DNA of 64,000 nucleotides. Source: Phoronis australis (taxonomy: Eukaryota; Animalia; Phoronida). The stretch is taken from positions 461,718 to 525,717 of the forward strand of contig NMRA01000243.1 of NCBI GenBank assembly GCA_002633005.1, in the 5' to 3' direction. A program made the position numbers and the translations under genes. This document shows, piece by piece, positions 12,786 through 27,069 of this stretch. Position 1 is the first letter of the stretch. Every line of letters begins with the position of its first letter. The notes under the pieces were generated by a model. It made no database searches and was not told where the DNA came from. It was given only the letters and a program-made list of their open reading frames with translations.

Positions 12786-15700
12786 TTCCAGAGTTGTTTA
12801 CAAACCCAGAAACCATTTCCCATCTGAGTAAGGAAGAAGATGTCATAAGTTCGCTTCTTGGATCGAACATGGGTTTATGGCGGTTTTCCTTCATCTTTGC
12901 AGCAAAATAAAGCTTTCCAACTTCTGCAAGTCCTTAAAAGTTGGTTACAGGCAAAATCTGTTAAATAGGCAAGAATCAATAATAACGACATGTGTAAGTT
13001 AACCGACGGAGTTCATGAACCGCAAAAACCACTTTGTGGTGCAACCAGAGGGCGTGTTTTAGGAGAGGTCTCGTTTTATCGTCCATGGGTGTACCAGATG
13101 TTCAAATTAATCAAGTACGTAACAGGCTATCAAGGAACACCATGCGTATTTACGTCGATAAATTTAAATGCTTTTTTGACGAAATGGTTCGATTCCAACG
13201 AAAACACGTTTCAACTTGACTAAGTCATGATAGTTAATGAAAGACCCGGATGGAGAGTAGTTCAATAATTAGTCGTAAATTCACGACCTTTTTATATTTT
13301 GTCAAAATTTAAAACAACCTAAATTGGTTACGTCACCTACTATTGCACAAATTTGATACTTATTCAGAAGGATAAAAGCATCATTCAGGTAAACTATTCT
13401 CACTGTGCCACAATTTGGTCTCTGCTTTGGTTCGAGTTACATGCAAATACGGATTGTCTTCACAGTCATTACTTTATCCCGCACAAAGGGTTTGTCACGC
13501 TTGATCATGTGTAGAAACAGTAAAATTTTTTTGGAAGTTTTTAGCGTAGATGAGATTTCATTGCATTATTCAATTAAAAATAAAGTGATCTAATCGTGGT
13601 CAAGATACATTTTAATCGCCATGTTCTGCTAGGTAAAAAGCGAAAATAGAAGTAGGCCTTCTCATAAAACAAGTCTCGTAAAATACATTTCCGTGGTAGG
13701 ATTCCATTTCCGTTACCAACTCAGTCACAGGCAATGCGTACATGCACCATTTTCGAATTCGCAATTTCAGATTTGGCGAGCCCAAGTAAAGTCTGAAGGT
13801 TTTCTCGAGTCTGATGGTTTCAATTTTCTTGTAAGTAATGGAAAACGAATCCTATGTCTGTTACGAGACCGATTTTATCAGAGTGAAAAGCCGAATTCGA
13901 TTTTCACTTTTAGCCGGCTAAACAGGGCGAAATGCGGCTATTAATATAGTTCAAGTTAACATCGGACTTAGAATTGTTTTAAAGGTTTTAACCACCATAT
14001 TTGAATGCAACATGAGAGTTGGGACTGAGTAATTAGAGCCGACTGAGATATCAGAAGCACTGATTATAGACATCTTACGAAAAGTAGGTCACGTTGTAAC
14101 GAAATCGCTAAAATCTCAATAGGTGACTTTCGAAACAGCCGCGCCATATTGAAATTCAATAACTCGCCAGATGGCGATAAGGTCTTTGGTGGCTTTCTGC
14201 GCCACCTACAGAACCCATGTAATGTGGACGGGAGTGTTCAACCTACTGGTATAAAAAACGTTTTAACACCTGCCGTTATAATGATGCCAGCAAATTTCCA
14301 CTGCAGTGCGGTGAGATGTATTAATGGCTTATGAAAACCCCAAACCTTTTTAGATATCAATGGATGAACAAGGACATCATGTTCCATACATGTCATTTCC
14401 CACTTTGAAGAAATATCCGCGACAAAGCAAGTGGCTGCGGCTGATAAACCCATTCAGTGTTAAAAAACTAAAATAAATTAGTGAACTTTTAAATTAATGA
14501 ACCATTATGTAGTAATAGAATTTCTGTCCACCAAACCTGAGTCAGGATCAATCGGAAGTCGCTTTTGTGCTCTCATTATTCTAGAGAGCGCCAATATGAA
14601 AAGTCCCTCATTACGTTCGTTGGTACGTCACTTGTGTGTCCGAATTATTGATAATCTTTATTTTTGTTACAATATGCTTTATTTTAACTTAGCAAATGTA
14701 GTTAGATAAAACAATGTGCAGGGAATTTAAAGATTATCAATGACATTCACATTTTTCATTACGAATAGTTTGGAGAAAGTTGCAAAATTTACGACATTTC
14801 TTCACGGAATCCCACGGACAGTCCCATTTTAAGATTCCCAAATATAAATTTGCAAACCTGTTGTGAAATAGCAGAAGGAAAATTTCAATGACTTCGTGTT
14901 GTTGCGAAATAGCAGAAGGACGTAATGCCAAATCACGTGATTCGTAGATTAACCGCAGGACAAAACAGCTACCTCTCCGTGGGATTACGGGAAAGTGCGA
15001 GCGCAGACGAAGAGCCGTACGCGTCACGAATGCAAATTAGCTCAACTCATTGCTCACATCCTGCGGCGAAATGAACCGTGACAATTTTGCCTCGCGAGGC
15101 CGTGAGGCGAATGTCTCGCTAATTGGTGACTTTCATTGACCTGGCGTGCATAAATCCTCACAGCGTTCTAGCGACGTGAGCTAAGTGCTTAGCCGATTAC
15201 CTGATAACAACAAATCTCCGCCGCTGGCTCATTCTAATCGTGTGTACTACATTAACGCTGTTTACTACGAACGTAAGTAACAGGTTTGCTCGCCGTGTGC
15301 AGGTAACCCGCATAGAGCTATGGGCTGAGCTATACTTCACTTACAGCTCAGATTGTAGGTTCTTGTCTGTGCTCACCCTAACACAACGATTGGTCATGCG
15401 AAGTCATGTTTGCTGAATACTGCAACAAAACATTGATTGTTTTATGTTTGATATTTGAACGTATAGCGTTATGTTACGTGACAAGTCAAAACGAAATTGA
15501 CAACGTAAAATAGGTAGAAACTTATCAGCCTGATAACCGTGGAAGCACGAAACTGGTGGTTAACCAAGCCAGCATCTCCATACTTGGAGAAAAAAACGCG
15601 TTGATTTCGACTTTTCGCATATTTTAATCTTGTTTCATATCCTAAAGTTGTAAACGATGACTCTGACTCTAGCGCCTTTTTATGTTTCTAAATGCATCAC

Positions 15701-15879
15701 CTCATTAACAATTCCTGTACAACTTTCTGTGTACTCATGTCATCCTCTCTGTACGTGTCCCCATCTTATATGTTTGTTGATTAATTATTTTATTTATTTG
15801 TGTTAATGTACATATATATTTATGATCGACATATGTCCTGAATAATAGATAAATGATACGTGCGTCGCAATTTTATTTA

Positions 15880-15970
15880 TTTATTTACTTATTTATTTAT
15901 TATTGTGATATTTAAAATGAGGGTGGCCTCTTCAGTGATAGCACTGCTTTCCAAGAGGGCCCTCAAGCTC
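15880..15970 (-). mobile_element. 3' terminus of an L2/CR1-like LINE or LINE-dependent SINE
   Basis: The minus strand reads gagggccctcttggaaagcagtgctatcactgaagaggccaccctc (stem-loop) followed by an (AATA)n tail. Confidence 0.55.
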
Positions 15971-16479
15971 GTTACCAGAGATGAAAAGGAGACCGATATA
16001 AGGTCGTTAATTATGACTAATATAATTACAAGTAAATACAATGAATACAGATAAGTAACATAAAAATGATAATCTCCGGTAAGATGGGCAACAAAAAGCG
16101 CCTGCCACGTGGAAGTACGAGAGAATGACGAAAACTGGGTGGTAGAGGGTGGGAAAAATTAAGTAAATAAGTTTTGGAACGTACGACAAAATGGCCGGAA
16201 CAAAGGTGAACTGAAAACGAGGTTACAATAATAAAGAAATACGCCTAAGGACACGTGACAATCATCAGCCTATGAGAGCCAAGAGCTGACCAAACTCTAG
16301 GCACGTGATAACAACAGACCAATACGAAGGCTGGTAAAACGACGTGTAGTCCTACACGTTAAAGGAATAATGAAATAGACCGAAATTAGGGAGAAAGGAG
16401 TAAGATGGGTACATCATCTCACATAAATATACTTACGAGTGAAATACCATATATCATATTTATGATATTTATGTATCCA

Positions 16480-16748
16480 TCCATTATTTAAATAATTATT
16501 GTGGGACTAAAATTATCACATAGGACGGACCGCGATTAGAACAAATAATTGCATGTACTCTTTCGTGTCACTCCTACATTAATGTCGTTTTTTACTCAAA
16601 ACATGACCTTATTTATCACCTCTCACATTTAGTTTTTGTCCTTCTCTGTTTTTACCAGTTTTTGTACAGCGTTGTGTTATGCTTATTGTGTTGTATTCTA
16701 TTACTTTTATGGTCAATCGATTTTAAATCAACCAATCAATCAATCAGT
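16480..16748 (+). mobile_element. Probable LINE 3' UTR remnant
   Basis: T-rich UTR-like stretch ending in a (CAAT)n tail; boundaries approximate. Confidence 0.35.
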
Positions 16749-18357
16749 CGAAATTACATTATGTTAGGTCAAATTTTGCTATACTTCAGGCAGATTATCA
16801 AAAATCAGGGTGTGGAAACAATTCTATGACTGGCCTCTAAATTGCAGTTTCGACCCCCTAAACCCCACACCCGGACCAGCAAACACCAAAGCCGCCGTGT
16901 GAAGTGCACGAAGTTGAATTTTTTTTAAAAATATATTTTGAACGAAATGAACAAGAAATCTGACGACGGTGTTCAATTAATTCCAAATAAGGTTTGCGCG
17001 CCAAGTTCCTTGTCCAGAGTTCATGTTCGAGTACAGTTATTAGACCCCAGATCCAGGAAGAATGTACATGTACAACCAATACGTCCTGCTATGGGTAATT
17101 TTATTGGTGAAACGCCCGATGACGAAAATCACGTGCCAAGACGAAATTATGTAATCGGGTAGTGGCCCATGCAAAAATAATGCTTAAAAACCCTGCAAGT
17201 CAACGTCTTCTCAATTTATAGCTATTAGAAATTCGTAAATGTATTGAAATAACGCTTTTAATAAATGTCTGACTTTTTGGAGTATTCAAATTGGTAGTTT
17301 AATTGTGAAACTGAAACCACTGTTTTTATTTTGTTCTTCACAGGGTGGAAATTACATTTGAATATTGCAACGCCTGACTGAATGTCTCTGAAATTAGTTT
17401 AAACTTGTCTAGAGGCTACAAAACAACCAATGGTTTTACTCGTGAGATAAACAATCATGACGTAAAACACGACCTGTTAATTAACTCTTGCCTGTTTGGC
17501 ATAACACTGTTCCCTAAATAAAACAGAAGACAATATTACACTTTCATTTTCTGTTTCACGAAATATTGTAGAACTACCGTATCGTTTTATATCTTTCAGT
17601 TTGTCAGTTCAACTTATTTTAAGGTTACAGTTGCTTGAGAAGTTCAAAAAAATCGTATCGTCTTTTAGAATGCAGCCACTGACGATTCGTTTTCTAAACT
17701 GAAAGAATCGTTTAACTCGGTCCTGCGTCAGATCACAAACCGCGCGGCTCAGACCACCAACCGCTCAGCGACAGAGTTTTTTTACTCATGAATAAACTTT
17801 TTAATTAGCCTCTTTATTTCTATTCTGACGCACTGTATTCTTTCTTTTTTGAATACAGATTCTTTATGAATTTATGGTTTCACAAACATTTTCTGGCACC
17901 AAATTTTTATATGCACTCAGTTTTGAAACATTGTTACAAGCGCGTGCATCACCAAGTTTCTTGCAAGAAAGTCAAATTAAAGGCAGGAAATACAGCACTT
18001 TAAAATAATTGAAAAGAATTGTTTTCCCGAAAACAAGGCAATGTTATTGAGGACGACCTTGCGGTTGGTGAGGGCAGAAGTCCTTCGAATTAAAATAATA
18101 TCTACAACGGCTAGTTGCACGTTATACACCACTCTGTTGTTTTGTCACCCTCTTAAGCATGAAAAATTGCATGAATTTTAATAATTCCTTTCAAACTTTT
18201 GTAAAACCAAAACCGTGATTCCCTCGATAACAAATTCAAGGTTTTTAATGCAGTAAGGTAACATTCTAAGCTAGGACTTGCGCGAGGATGTCCACACAAG
18301 GGGTCGCGCTTGTCAAAGCGTCTTTGTACAGTGCCAACGATGACGTTGTGAAAGAGT

Positions 18358-18436
18358 GCAGGCGGCGCAGCACTGTAATAAGTGGGAGGGGGGTGGGGGC
18401 TATAACCCCCATCCCCCATTGGTGTGCCGCCCATGG
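18358..18436 (-). mobile_element. ~80-bp GC-rich MITE (CATGGGCGGCGC family)
   Basis: Reverse-complement match to the units at 41159-41317. Confidence 0.65.
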
Positions 18437-19609
18437 CATATCAGGCCAAAAAGCATAATTGGTTCTAAACTATTTTTAGTTGCTCACTTTTTTCAAAGAA
18501 AAGAAGCTTTAACTGGCGTTTGAAACCTTGGTAACCCTTATTTACGTGAATTTGTACGACTTTTCAAAAAAAAAACACGAAACCTTGGTAAAGACCAGAA
18601 CCAACTTTGCTTCTTTGGCCTAACTAAGTCGCAAATGGTACAACATAAGTTGCCGCACAGGGTTAATCATCTACAAAATGGACTGACGATGGGAAGAACG
18701 GTCTTTCCGATGGGAAGGGCGGACGTTTCGATGGTAAGAATTGACCCAAATAATGCGATTGGCGGACGAGAAATGTGAATGACGGGGATGCGAAAGGAGT
18801 GACGTTGCTTGAGTTATTAGGCCAGACACGTCCTGAAAATGAAAGAGAACTTGGTGGTATCCTGCCTGGCTTTCAGGTCTACCAGTCTTATTTTTCGCTT
18901 TACTCAGAGCAACTGTAAGGTTGTTATTTACTTAGACCAGGGTAGAGTTCAGTAAAGCTAGGACCTACGCTAGGATCTCGCTAAAATCTAGACAAAATGA
19001 CGTGTTCTCTTTTAAAATACAAAGCAATAGCTCACGTAGTCTCACGAAGTTGCTTTGGAAGGGCAAACCCACGTGTGAAGAACATTTATTACACCGTGAG
19101 TTGTATTTCAGCGGCTTAACGGAGACATGATAAACGTAACTTCAGTAAAAACTCATTACAATTGTATTTCGTCCTTTTTAAAGAATACGTGCAGTCCAGT
19201 CACAACTGTTCCAATTTCACTCTGTCTCACGAGTCTGCAATTAATGAAATGGTGCGGGATTTGTATAATTCGATTATTACTCTAGAAAATTAATGGGCTT
19301 ATTCAATATCAAATTCTACGACTGCCTTCTTCTACACTCACTTAGAAGAGCAACAATCGTGCGCTGAGGACAGTGTAGCCTTTTGGATATGACCTTCACG
19401 ACTTTAGTGAAAACCTCATATAACGACAAAAAGGTCAGGGTAAACACCCCAATATCAGTTTACCGTATGTATTATTATGATAACTAGTTAATTCAATATC
19501 AGGCTTGATCATCCAATGCGAGGTTCGGGCACTTGGAAAGACGAAACCCAAAACTGAAGGAAGGATCCAACAAATGCAAAAACTACGAGATGTGGAAAAA
19601 ACAGGGATA

Positions 19610-19985
19610 TAATGGGAATGACATTTTTGTGATGGGAGGCGGGGATGGGATTGCAATAAGAAGGGCGGGGTTTTACTGGGAAGGGCGGGGTTGTAATAGG
19701 AAGAACGGTGTTGTGATGGGAAGGACGGTGTTGCTATGGGAGCGATGAGATTGCGATAAGAAGGGCAGGGTTGTCATGGGAGGGATGGGATTGCAATAAA
19801 AGGGCGGCGTTGTGTTGGGAGGGATGGGATTGCGATAAGAAGGGCGGGATTGTGTTGGGAGGGATGAGATTGTGATAAAAGGGCGGGGTTGTGTTGGGAA
19901 GGGCGGGGTTGTGTTGGGAAGGGCGGGGTTGTATTGGAAAGGGCGGGTTGCGGTGAGAAGCACGTGGTTGTAATGGAAAGGACGG
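19610..19985. repeat. G-rich minisatellite, ~20-bp unit GGGCGGGGTTGTGTTGGGAA
   Basis: Directly visible imperfect tandem array. Confidence 0.9.
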
Positions 19986-20662
19986 ACAATTTTTTTAATT
20001 TTGTGTTCTCAGATCGTGTTACTCGGATAGCTATAGTCATGTCGCGTGTCAAAACTTTACCCCATACGCGTTGAATCTGTCGAGGGAAATACGGCCATGT
20101 AATAAAATTTTCCGTATTCGCCTACTGCACTACTTCAACAGTGACCTCTGACATGGAAAGTTCAAAAGGTAGGTCAAGGTCGACTGGACGTCTTCAGCCG
20201 GTTCGATATCAAACTTTCCAAATATAGTTTAAAGTAATACAGTTGCAGCAGTGTAACTAACACTCGACATGTAACCAGGCCCTAAACGTAAAATCTGGAA
20301 CAAAACTGTTAATTGTCAGACACTTATGTCTCAGTTTTGAATTGCTGAATACTACCTGTATATCGTCTGCAACTCATGCGCCGATTCCTAGGAAACTAAA
20401 ATATCAAATGTTGCTTTTTAACTAGTTCCAGGAGATGTTACAAGTTCACTGCACAGTTGCCGTTGTTTTCATCTTTGTTACCTCTTTTCAAGAAATAAAT
20501 CGTTACTTTTATAACTGTTTCTTTTACCGTAAGAGAAAACTTGCAACCTAACGCGCAAGCACATCATATAGGATGTGATCCGCCATGTGTACAGTCTGGG
20601 TGAAGTATTTGAAAAATCTGCCGAAAAAATGTAAGAAACTTAGGAATTCGAAGCGCATGGGA

Positions 20663-20785
20663 TAAATACAAAACGTACCTCGATTGGCGTACAAGAAGTA
20701 ATATCCCACTCGACCTTATTCCCCGGAATAATCTCTCTTGGGATATTACCTCATGTACGCCACTCTCGGCACATTTTGTGTATAT
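20663..20785. mobile_element. Short hairpin-type MITE
   Basis: ~40-bp imperfect inverted arms acaaaacgtacc..tggcgtacaagaagtaatatccca / tgggatattacctcatgtacgcca..cacattttgt. Confidence 0.6.
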
Positions 20786-23078
20786 ATTCTGTTTGACGTC
20801 GCAATACCAAAAAAACTACAAAACTGAATTTCACGTAAAAAAGTTCAGCTCATGAAAAATGAATGGAAGTCATAAATAAAATATACGTAATGCCAATGAA
20901 AACACTGTCGGGTCTGTCTAGAATACCACGAGGGAGTCTCGACTGCATTGTCCTTACAGTATGAGCCAGTTTTCTGTTCATGGCCGGAGAGAAGTGGGCC
21001 GACGGCAGAACCTTAAATGCGCCTGAGAAAACCTATCATCTACACGTCTCCATATCTGAATGCGTAATAGCTAATTGTGTTTAATACTGCGTGGGTTAAT
21101 TAATCGGTACCATAACAGCTCATTTACAAGTAATTCATTAACGTTACAATCTGTAAGCAACGAAGCGCCGGAAACTCGTGATTTCGCTTCGTATAGGTAG
21201 GAGTCAGTCAGAACATCTGCGATAATTTCGTAGCCTCAAATTTCCCTTTGGAGGTGTTCGCTGTGCAATCTTCAGTCGTACAGTCAGTCATCATGGAGGC
21301 ACACTACAGTTATTAAAGGGTTTTAGCTGTCGACGCACACCTATGGGGGGACGAGTTTTCTTTCAGAGGTGAACTTTATGTGCGCATATGCAAAATTCAG
21401 TCACTCACATACGGACAATCATTGTCCAGTTTGAAAGACACCTGACTTGCCGTCGCGCATGCGCAGATAGCGTTTACTTCCGAGAGAAAAATTAAGGCTA
21501 CAATAACATGTACACACGCAGCCGGGACACCTCAGATACTTTCGTTGCCTCACAATATCTCTCGGAGGCGTTTCGTATCTTCAGATATGCCAAGTTCAGT
21601 CAACAGCAATTCATGTGACTCTCAAATGGAAATTGCTCATTGTAAAATGTGGTGGGATACCCAGTGATAACAGGCTTAAATCAGGCTTAACAGTTCATTA
21701 TGAGGCGACAGACTAATGATTGAGAATGACGTCGCATACAACATTTGAGGTTTGTAGGCTCAGCCAGGAAGCCATGGTTTTCAACCGTCTTTCGGCCATA
21801 TCACTTTGTTAATATGATTGAATGAATGAGTTGGCACATGGGCAAAAATGAAACATCTCCGATGTGGACAATTCGAGGTTACGGAAATAACCGAGGCGTT
21901 TCGGATCACTTGTCCCATATGACGTTGTCGCGCACATGAAAGCGTAAGTCTTAAGATGCGTTCCGCTGAGCACGTTTCACGCCGACTTGGGAGAAAAGCG
22001 AAGAAGTTCACATGTCAAGTCTTGGGGAGATAAAGACATCCATTACAAGCGAAGCACGTGATCACACTATCTTCACTCGTGAGTGTTTTGCGATAACGGG
22101 CCCTTGAAGGTGTGCATGAAAAGATTACAAGAAAGCACAATCTCCTGATTCCTAGCTTCGCACCAAACCCGCGATATAAATTTCATACTTGCATCCCTAA
22201 ACCCATACATGCATCGTCGAAACAATGATAAGTCCGTTTACTTAATCCACACTTCGTTGACCAGATTCCTCACCCGGATGTAACTGATTGGGAAGGTCTT
22301 GCTTCTGAAATTTTGTTTCCATTTCACGGGTTTGGTGTTTGCTGGCCCAGGATTAGGGCTTAGGGATTTTATAGTACGAATATGAAATCCTTTCCACCCC
22401 TGATGCGCTAATGTATATTCACTATGTGAACACATGGAAACTGGTGCGCGCCGCTCATGGCCAATACTACATTATTGCATCCCATCGTATGCAAATGAAG
22501 GAATACTCAAAAGGCACCGTAGTCATTTAACCGTCATATATCAGTTGGTAGTGTATGTAGACATCTTTCGTCGATGACTTCATTTTATTCTGATACGTGT
22601 TGGAAGAAGACGTCATGTTTATTCCATGCACAGATGGCTGGTACCAAGGGTTGCCATACATGCTATAAGCTGGGTCAATTGTACTCTGGTCCCCCAGGAG
22701 GCTTGTTGTTGACTAAAGCTACAAGGATAATTGATGCCAGACAGAAAAAACAGGAATCACACGGGAACAACAGGAGTTTATGAAGACTTCGATCAAAGCG
22801 ATGGCATAGTATCTGAATTTGTCGCAATGATTGAGAAAGCGAAGCACTGTTGACGTAATATTTGTAACGCATGGCCCATCGTGTTCTTTATTGGTTCTCG
22901 CGTTTACGTCTTAAGACAGTAATTTCCACTTCATTTTAGTACAGAAATAGAAGAACTAGAATGCCAACTTCGATCTAGAGTGGCCGAAATTGCGTAGCAC
23001 GAGTGGATACGGTTTACATCCGTGTGTTGCAGCAGTCCATACGGGTATTTTAAACACATTGACCTAAATGAAATAAGT

Positions 23079-23235
23079 CAGCCTCCCGTTCAGTAACGCC
23101 AGGACCTCGCTAAAAAACAAGACTTCGCCAGATTACGTGAGATATTGCCGTGCATTTTAAATGAGAACACATGACTTTTACTAGGTTTTAGTTAGGTCCT
23201 AACGTAGGTCCTAGCGTCTACTGAACGCACGCCAG
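23079..23235. mobile_element. MITE of the GTTCAGTAACGCTAGGACCT family
   Basis: Near-identical to 27873-28017 and inverted relative to 12620-12785. Confidence 0.75.
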
Positions 23236-23700
23236 GTGTTTGTCCCATTTCCGGGTTACCGTGACGGCCGAAGTACACCGTCCCACATGGGCATTTTCAA
23301 CATGTTTACTCAAAAGTTGGGCACGGGTTAGCCTCCGTCTCAGGCTTACGATGGAGACACGTTCAGGGGTGTAGTTAGAGTTATTGCCACCCAATGTGGA
23401 AGATAACATTGCTTCTGCAGACCCCTCCAACACCCACCGAATTCCCGTCAACACACTACCCTAGCTACGTCAACGTTACTGCCGGCGCGCACAGCCCAAA
23501 CCAATGACGAGACGGAGCGTTCTGCACGCCCGCGGCAACAGTATCAAAATGCACTCCTTGGTGACAGAAGATGTTTGTTTCAGTCTATAACCCTATACCA
23601 CCGTAAATTCTCACTTATACTAGAGACAAGTTTTAAACATGAAGAATTATTTATATCTTATATGAAGCTTTACTGGTCGTGAGTCTTGTCTATATTTAAA

Positions 23701-24061
23701 AGGACACTAAACCCTGTTTTGATGATTTCAACCAATTCTCGTCTTGTCACTTGCGAATGCATCTGTAGCCTCAATCTTGAACGATGACAGCAGGAATCAA
23801 ATTAAAACTCGTATTCCTTATTTCACAGATCGAATTTTATGGTTCTTCGTGAGCAGTCTTTCGCCACAGTTGCCGTGTAATTCACTAAAAGCGTGGGTCA
23901 CACTTGCTCGTTTAGCAGACTTTGAAAGGAATTTATTTCAAATTCTCCTCCAAACTTTTGAGAGGGTTGTTGGGGATTAAAGAGCATTATTTTGCATCAG
24001 AAAATTGGATGGAAAAGTAGTTTTTAATATCTGAATAGGCCAAAATCTGGTTTGGTGTCCT
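23701..24061. mobile_element. Kolobok-like MITE
   Basis: TIR AGGACACTAAACC / GGTTTGGTGTCCT; TTAA-like flanks are degenerate. Confidence 0.5.
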
Positions 24062-25339
24062 CCTAAGCGAAATCTCTCTGAGGACTTTCATTGCTCAAAT
24101 CCTTAACAATTAATCAATAACTTTAAAAACGAATTCGAGTCCCGGCTGGTACGAATTGGTAATCCCCACTGTCTCCTGCTAGACGGCCTCGTCATTAATG
24201 TAATTTGAAAACCTTTCTTGTAGGGCCAATAACTTGTAGTATGCTCAATTACGGGCAATCCGGGGAAGCACAGTCAAATAAAATGCACGAAGTTGAACGG
24301 AGTTACACGAATCCTTCACGAAAAAAACCCCAGAATCATTTTTGCCGTAAAACCAAATGTGTCATTTAAAAATATTTAATTTGAGATTCATGTGCTTGTG
24401 GCTTTCGTTTATTTTTACTCGTGACGGAAAGCTATTCTATTTGAGGAGCTATTAATTTATATTCTACAAATGATATAACGGCGCATACTGTTGCGTGGAT
24501 CTAGTTTTCAGGGAGTTGCACTTGTCTAATTTCACAGTAAAGGGTCGTTTGTAAGTTCTTGGTGTTTCTAAAATTCAGGGCTAGCCTTGCTACGAAGCAA
24601 AGCAGATAATCTATACTGCTTCCCAAAGACTGTTGTCTGCTGGCGTATAATGTGTTTATTGTTTTCAGTCTTCATGAATCGAAACAATTAAGTTAATGAT
24701 ACCTCGGGGTTGGATCTACCAATATTGCATATGGCATTTCGCTGTCATCATTAATTCATTATATATGTACGTTTTTCAATAGCTTGCTTTAATATTCTTG
24801 GAACTCGTCTGATTCGACGGGAAATTTGATCTCATTGTTGCTGGTGTATGCTTGATTTAAAGACACGCTTCCTCCACAATGATTAGATATTCAAGTGTCA
24901 TGTAAACCCGCGCCTTCTTTCCAATGTGAAATTTGAGTCAGCTTGTCCGTTATTTAGATTCGTAATATCTCCTACTTAAGCTTCCGAAGAACTAGAACTG
25001 ACACGACTCATAAGTTGCTGGTCACGACAGGTTAATTTCGACGTCGTGTAAACAATAGTTATTGGGGATAAAAGTTAACATGATCTATCTTTAAAAACAA
25101 TGCTAAGCTATGATTGCTGCAGTATCGTCGTCAAGGGAATTGTGGTTTATTGTAACCTATTTCCCGCGATACAAAACCCCGCTGCGACAAATCGAGGATG
25201 AGAACGCTTTGAAAGGACATGGATTATACGGACTTAAGCACACATTAATAACATAGTTGGATTCTAAAAAAGTCACGTGTTGGATCTAGCGAGACGTTGT
25301 GCATATGTACTACAGCTGACGTTTGTAGGAGGGCTTACT

Positions 25340-25477
25340 TCTGTTTAATTTGAGTAGTGAGATTTTGCGTGCACATCCGGGACTTGTGAGCCTGTTACGG
25401 TGGCGAGGACGTGCATCGTGAAGTATCGCAAAAAAGACCAGGGTCTCGCGTCGTTTTACGTTTTGCCTTTCACTTGA
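25340..25477 (+). promoter_or_regulatory. Candidate promoter and non-coding first exon of the host gene
   Basis: Locally CpG-rich stretch ending in a GTAAGT donor at 25478, 0.9 kb upstream of the 26399 acceptor. The start coordinate is a guess. Confidence 0.3.
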
Positions 25478-26421
25478 GTAAGTCTAGTTTTGTTTGCGTT
25501 TCGCGTATGTCGGAAGAAATAATTGGAGCAAAGGAAAATACTGCCGGCCGGAGATTTCCAATACAGCGCGCACCACGAGAAAGCGACCATTGTTGTTTTT
25601 TTTTCCGGAACTAACAGCGACTGGCGATGTCAAGAGAAATTCAGTTGTTGATCATGGTCAACATTTAGTTAAACATTGAAAGTTATCGTCTGGAAACTAT
25701 CCACGTGTTCTCCCTTTGCTGCTCAGTTCACGTACGCCAAGGGAGCGGTAAGCCTTGCAATGAGTTTCCGAAATAACCTATAGGATATGTATGAATAAAA
25801 TGAAAAGACTTTGCATACTTAAACACGGAAATCAACCCGTATGGACTCATCAGGTCATTTCAAAAATATTAGGATCTTGCGTCAGCAAGAGCAAAATCAA
25901 GTTTCGGAACAAAAAGCGACTTACTGAAATGACTTTTTCGCCCAGAGCACTTTATCGGAATTCCCTTGGTTAACTCTGAGATTCTCTTTGAATCAAGTTC
26001 TGAAATCAGTCGACTAAACACTTCCCTTGTCCTATGATTGCGCTATGACCCACGTGGAGCGAGCTCATATAGTTAATATATTTGGCGTTCCATCTTATCT
26101 CATATGATTGTGAATTTTACAGAATTTGAACAACGAAAAAACACGCTTGATTCAAAGACGATCGGTGCATGAATATCTGGAGGCACGTGTATTACACAAG
26201 AGCACACAGAATGTCTAATTAAATTGTCTCCTGAATACGTGTGATCAATATTATAATGTAAAATCAGAACTTGGCGCAATCAATATACTAAAGTAAAACC
26301 AGAACTTGGTGACATGAATGTTTTTAAGTACCTTTTTAAGTGTATTAATACACACACTTCCTTCTTACTATTAACGTTTATATTTCGCTTGTTTTCAGAT
26401 TCCATGACAGACAAATGTTAA

Positions 26422-26442
26422 ATGGAGGCTACGACAGACAAG
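26422..26442 (+). CDS. Host gene: candidate first coding exon A (MEATTDK); whole exon 26399-26442
   Basis: Strong acceptor ttgttttcag| and donor AAG|gtaaga. An in-frame TAA sits directly before the ATG. The exon ends in phase 0, matching the TM exon. Confidence 0.6.
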
Positions 26443-27069
26443 GTAAGATTATTCGTTTAATATAGTAGAGTTTCACTTAAACGCGTTCGGCCCTCTGTGA
26501 AATATTAGAATCAACTTGACAGCGATCGGGAATTCGTTACGCGATGCAGGATATACTCATGATTGACAGCTCGTGAGATGACAAGCTTCTCTTAGAATGC
26601 TTGGTCATATCTCGCGAAGACTTGTGTGCCAAGCCAAACTCGAAGGAAACCGGCCTTGCGGAACGCGTCTCTGTATAGCAGCAGAAAGAAACAGTCTGCC
26701 GCACCTAGTTTCCAACCGGCATTAAACGTATCAAAATATCCTTAGGTCTACTTTCGCTTCGGCCGTATGTCGACTGTGCTATCAAAACCAGCGGTACTCT
26801 CATCAGCGCTCGACGTTACTCTGTAACAAACGTGTACAAGTACGATCCAATATGGTTGCCGAGCGGTACAGCTAAAAATGCGCCTCAAATCTTTAACTAG
26901 AGGTATCGATGTTTAACTTCATGTTCGTTTAGTCAAGATACAACCATCAGAGATGAAAGGAACCATACGATCTAGGGAATATGCCTGGAATTCTGCAGCA
27001 CAACCACCAAAAACACGACCATGAGCTAATATGCTTGAATGCGCATGCTTAAGATAACCTCCCGCCATA

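Noticed and set aside
14940-17441. Further upstream non-coding exons (CpG-rich patch with a GTAAGT donor near 15272; strong acceptor at 17343)
   Set aside because: Isolated splice-like signals with no coding constraint to test them; transcript data needed.
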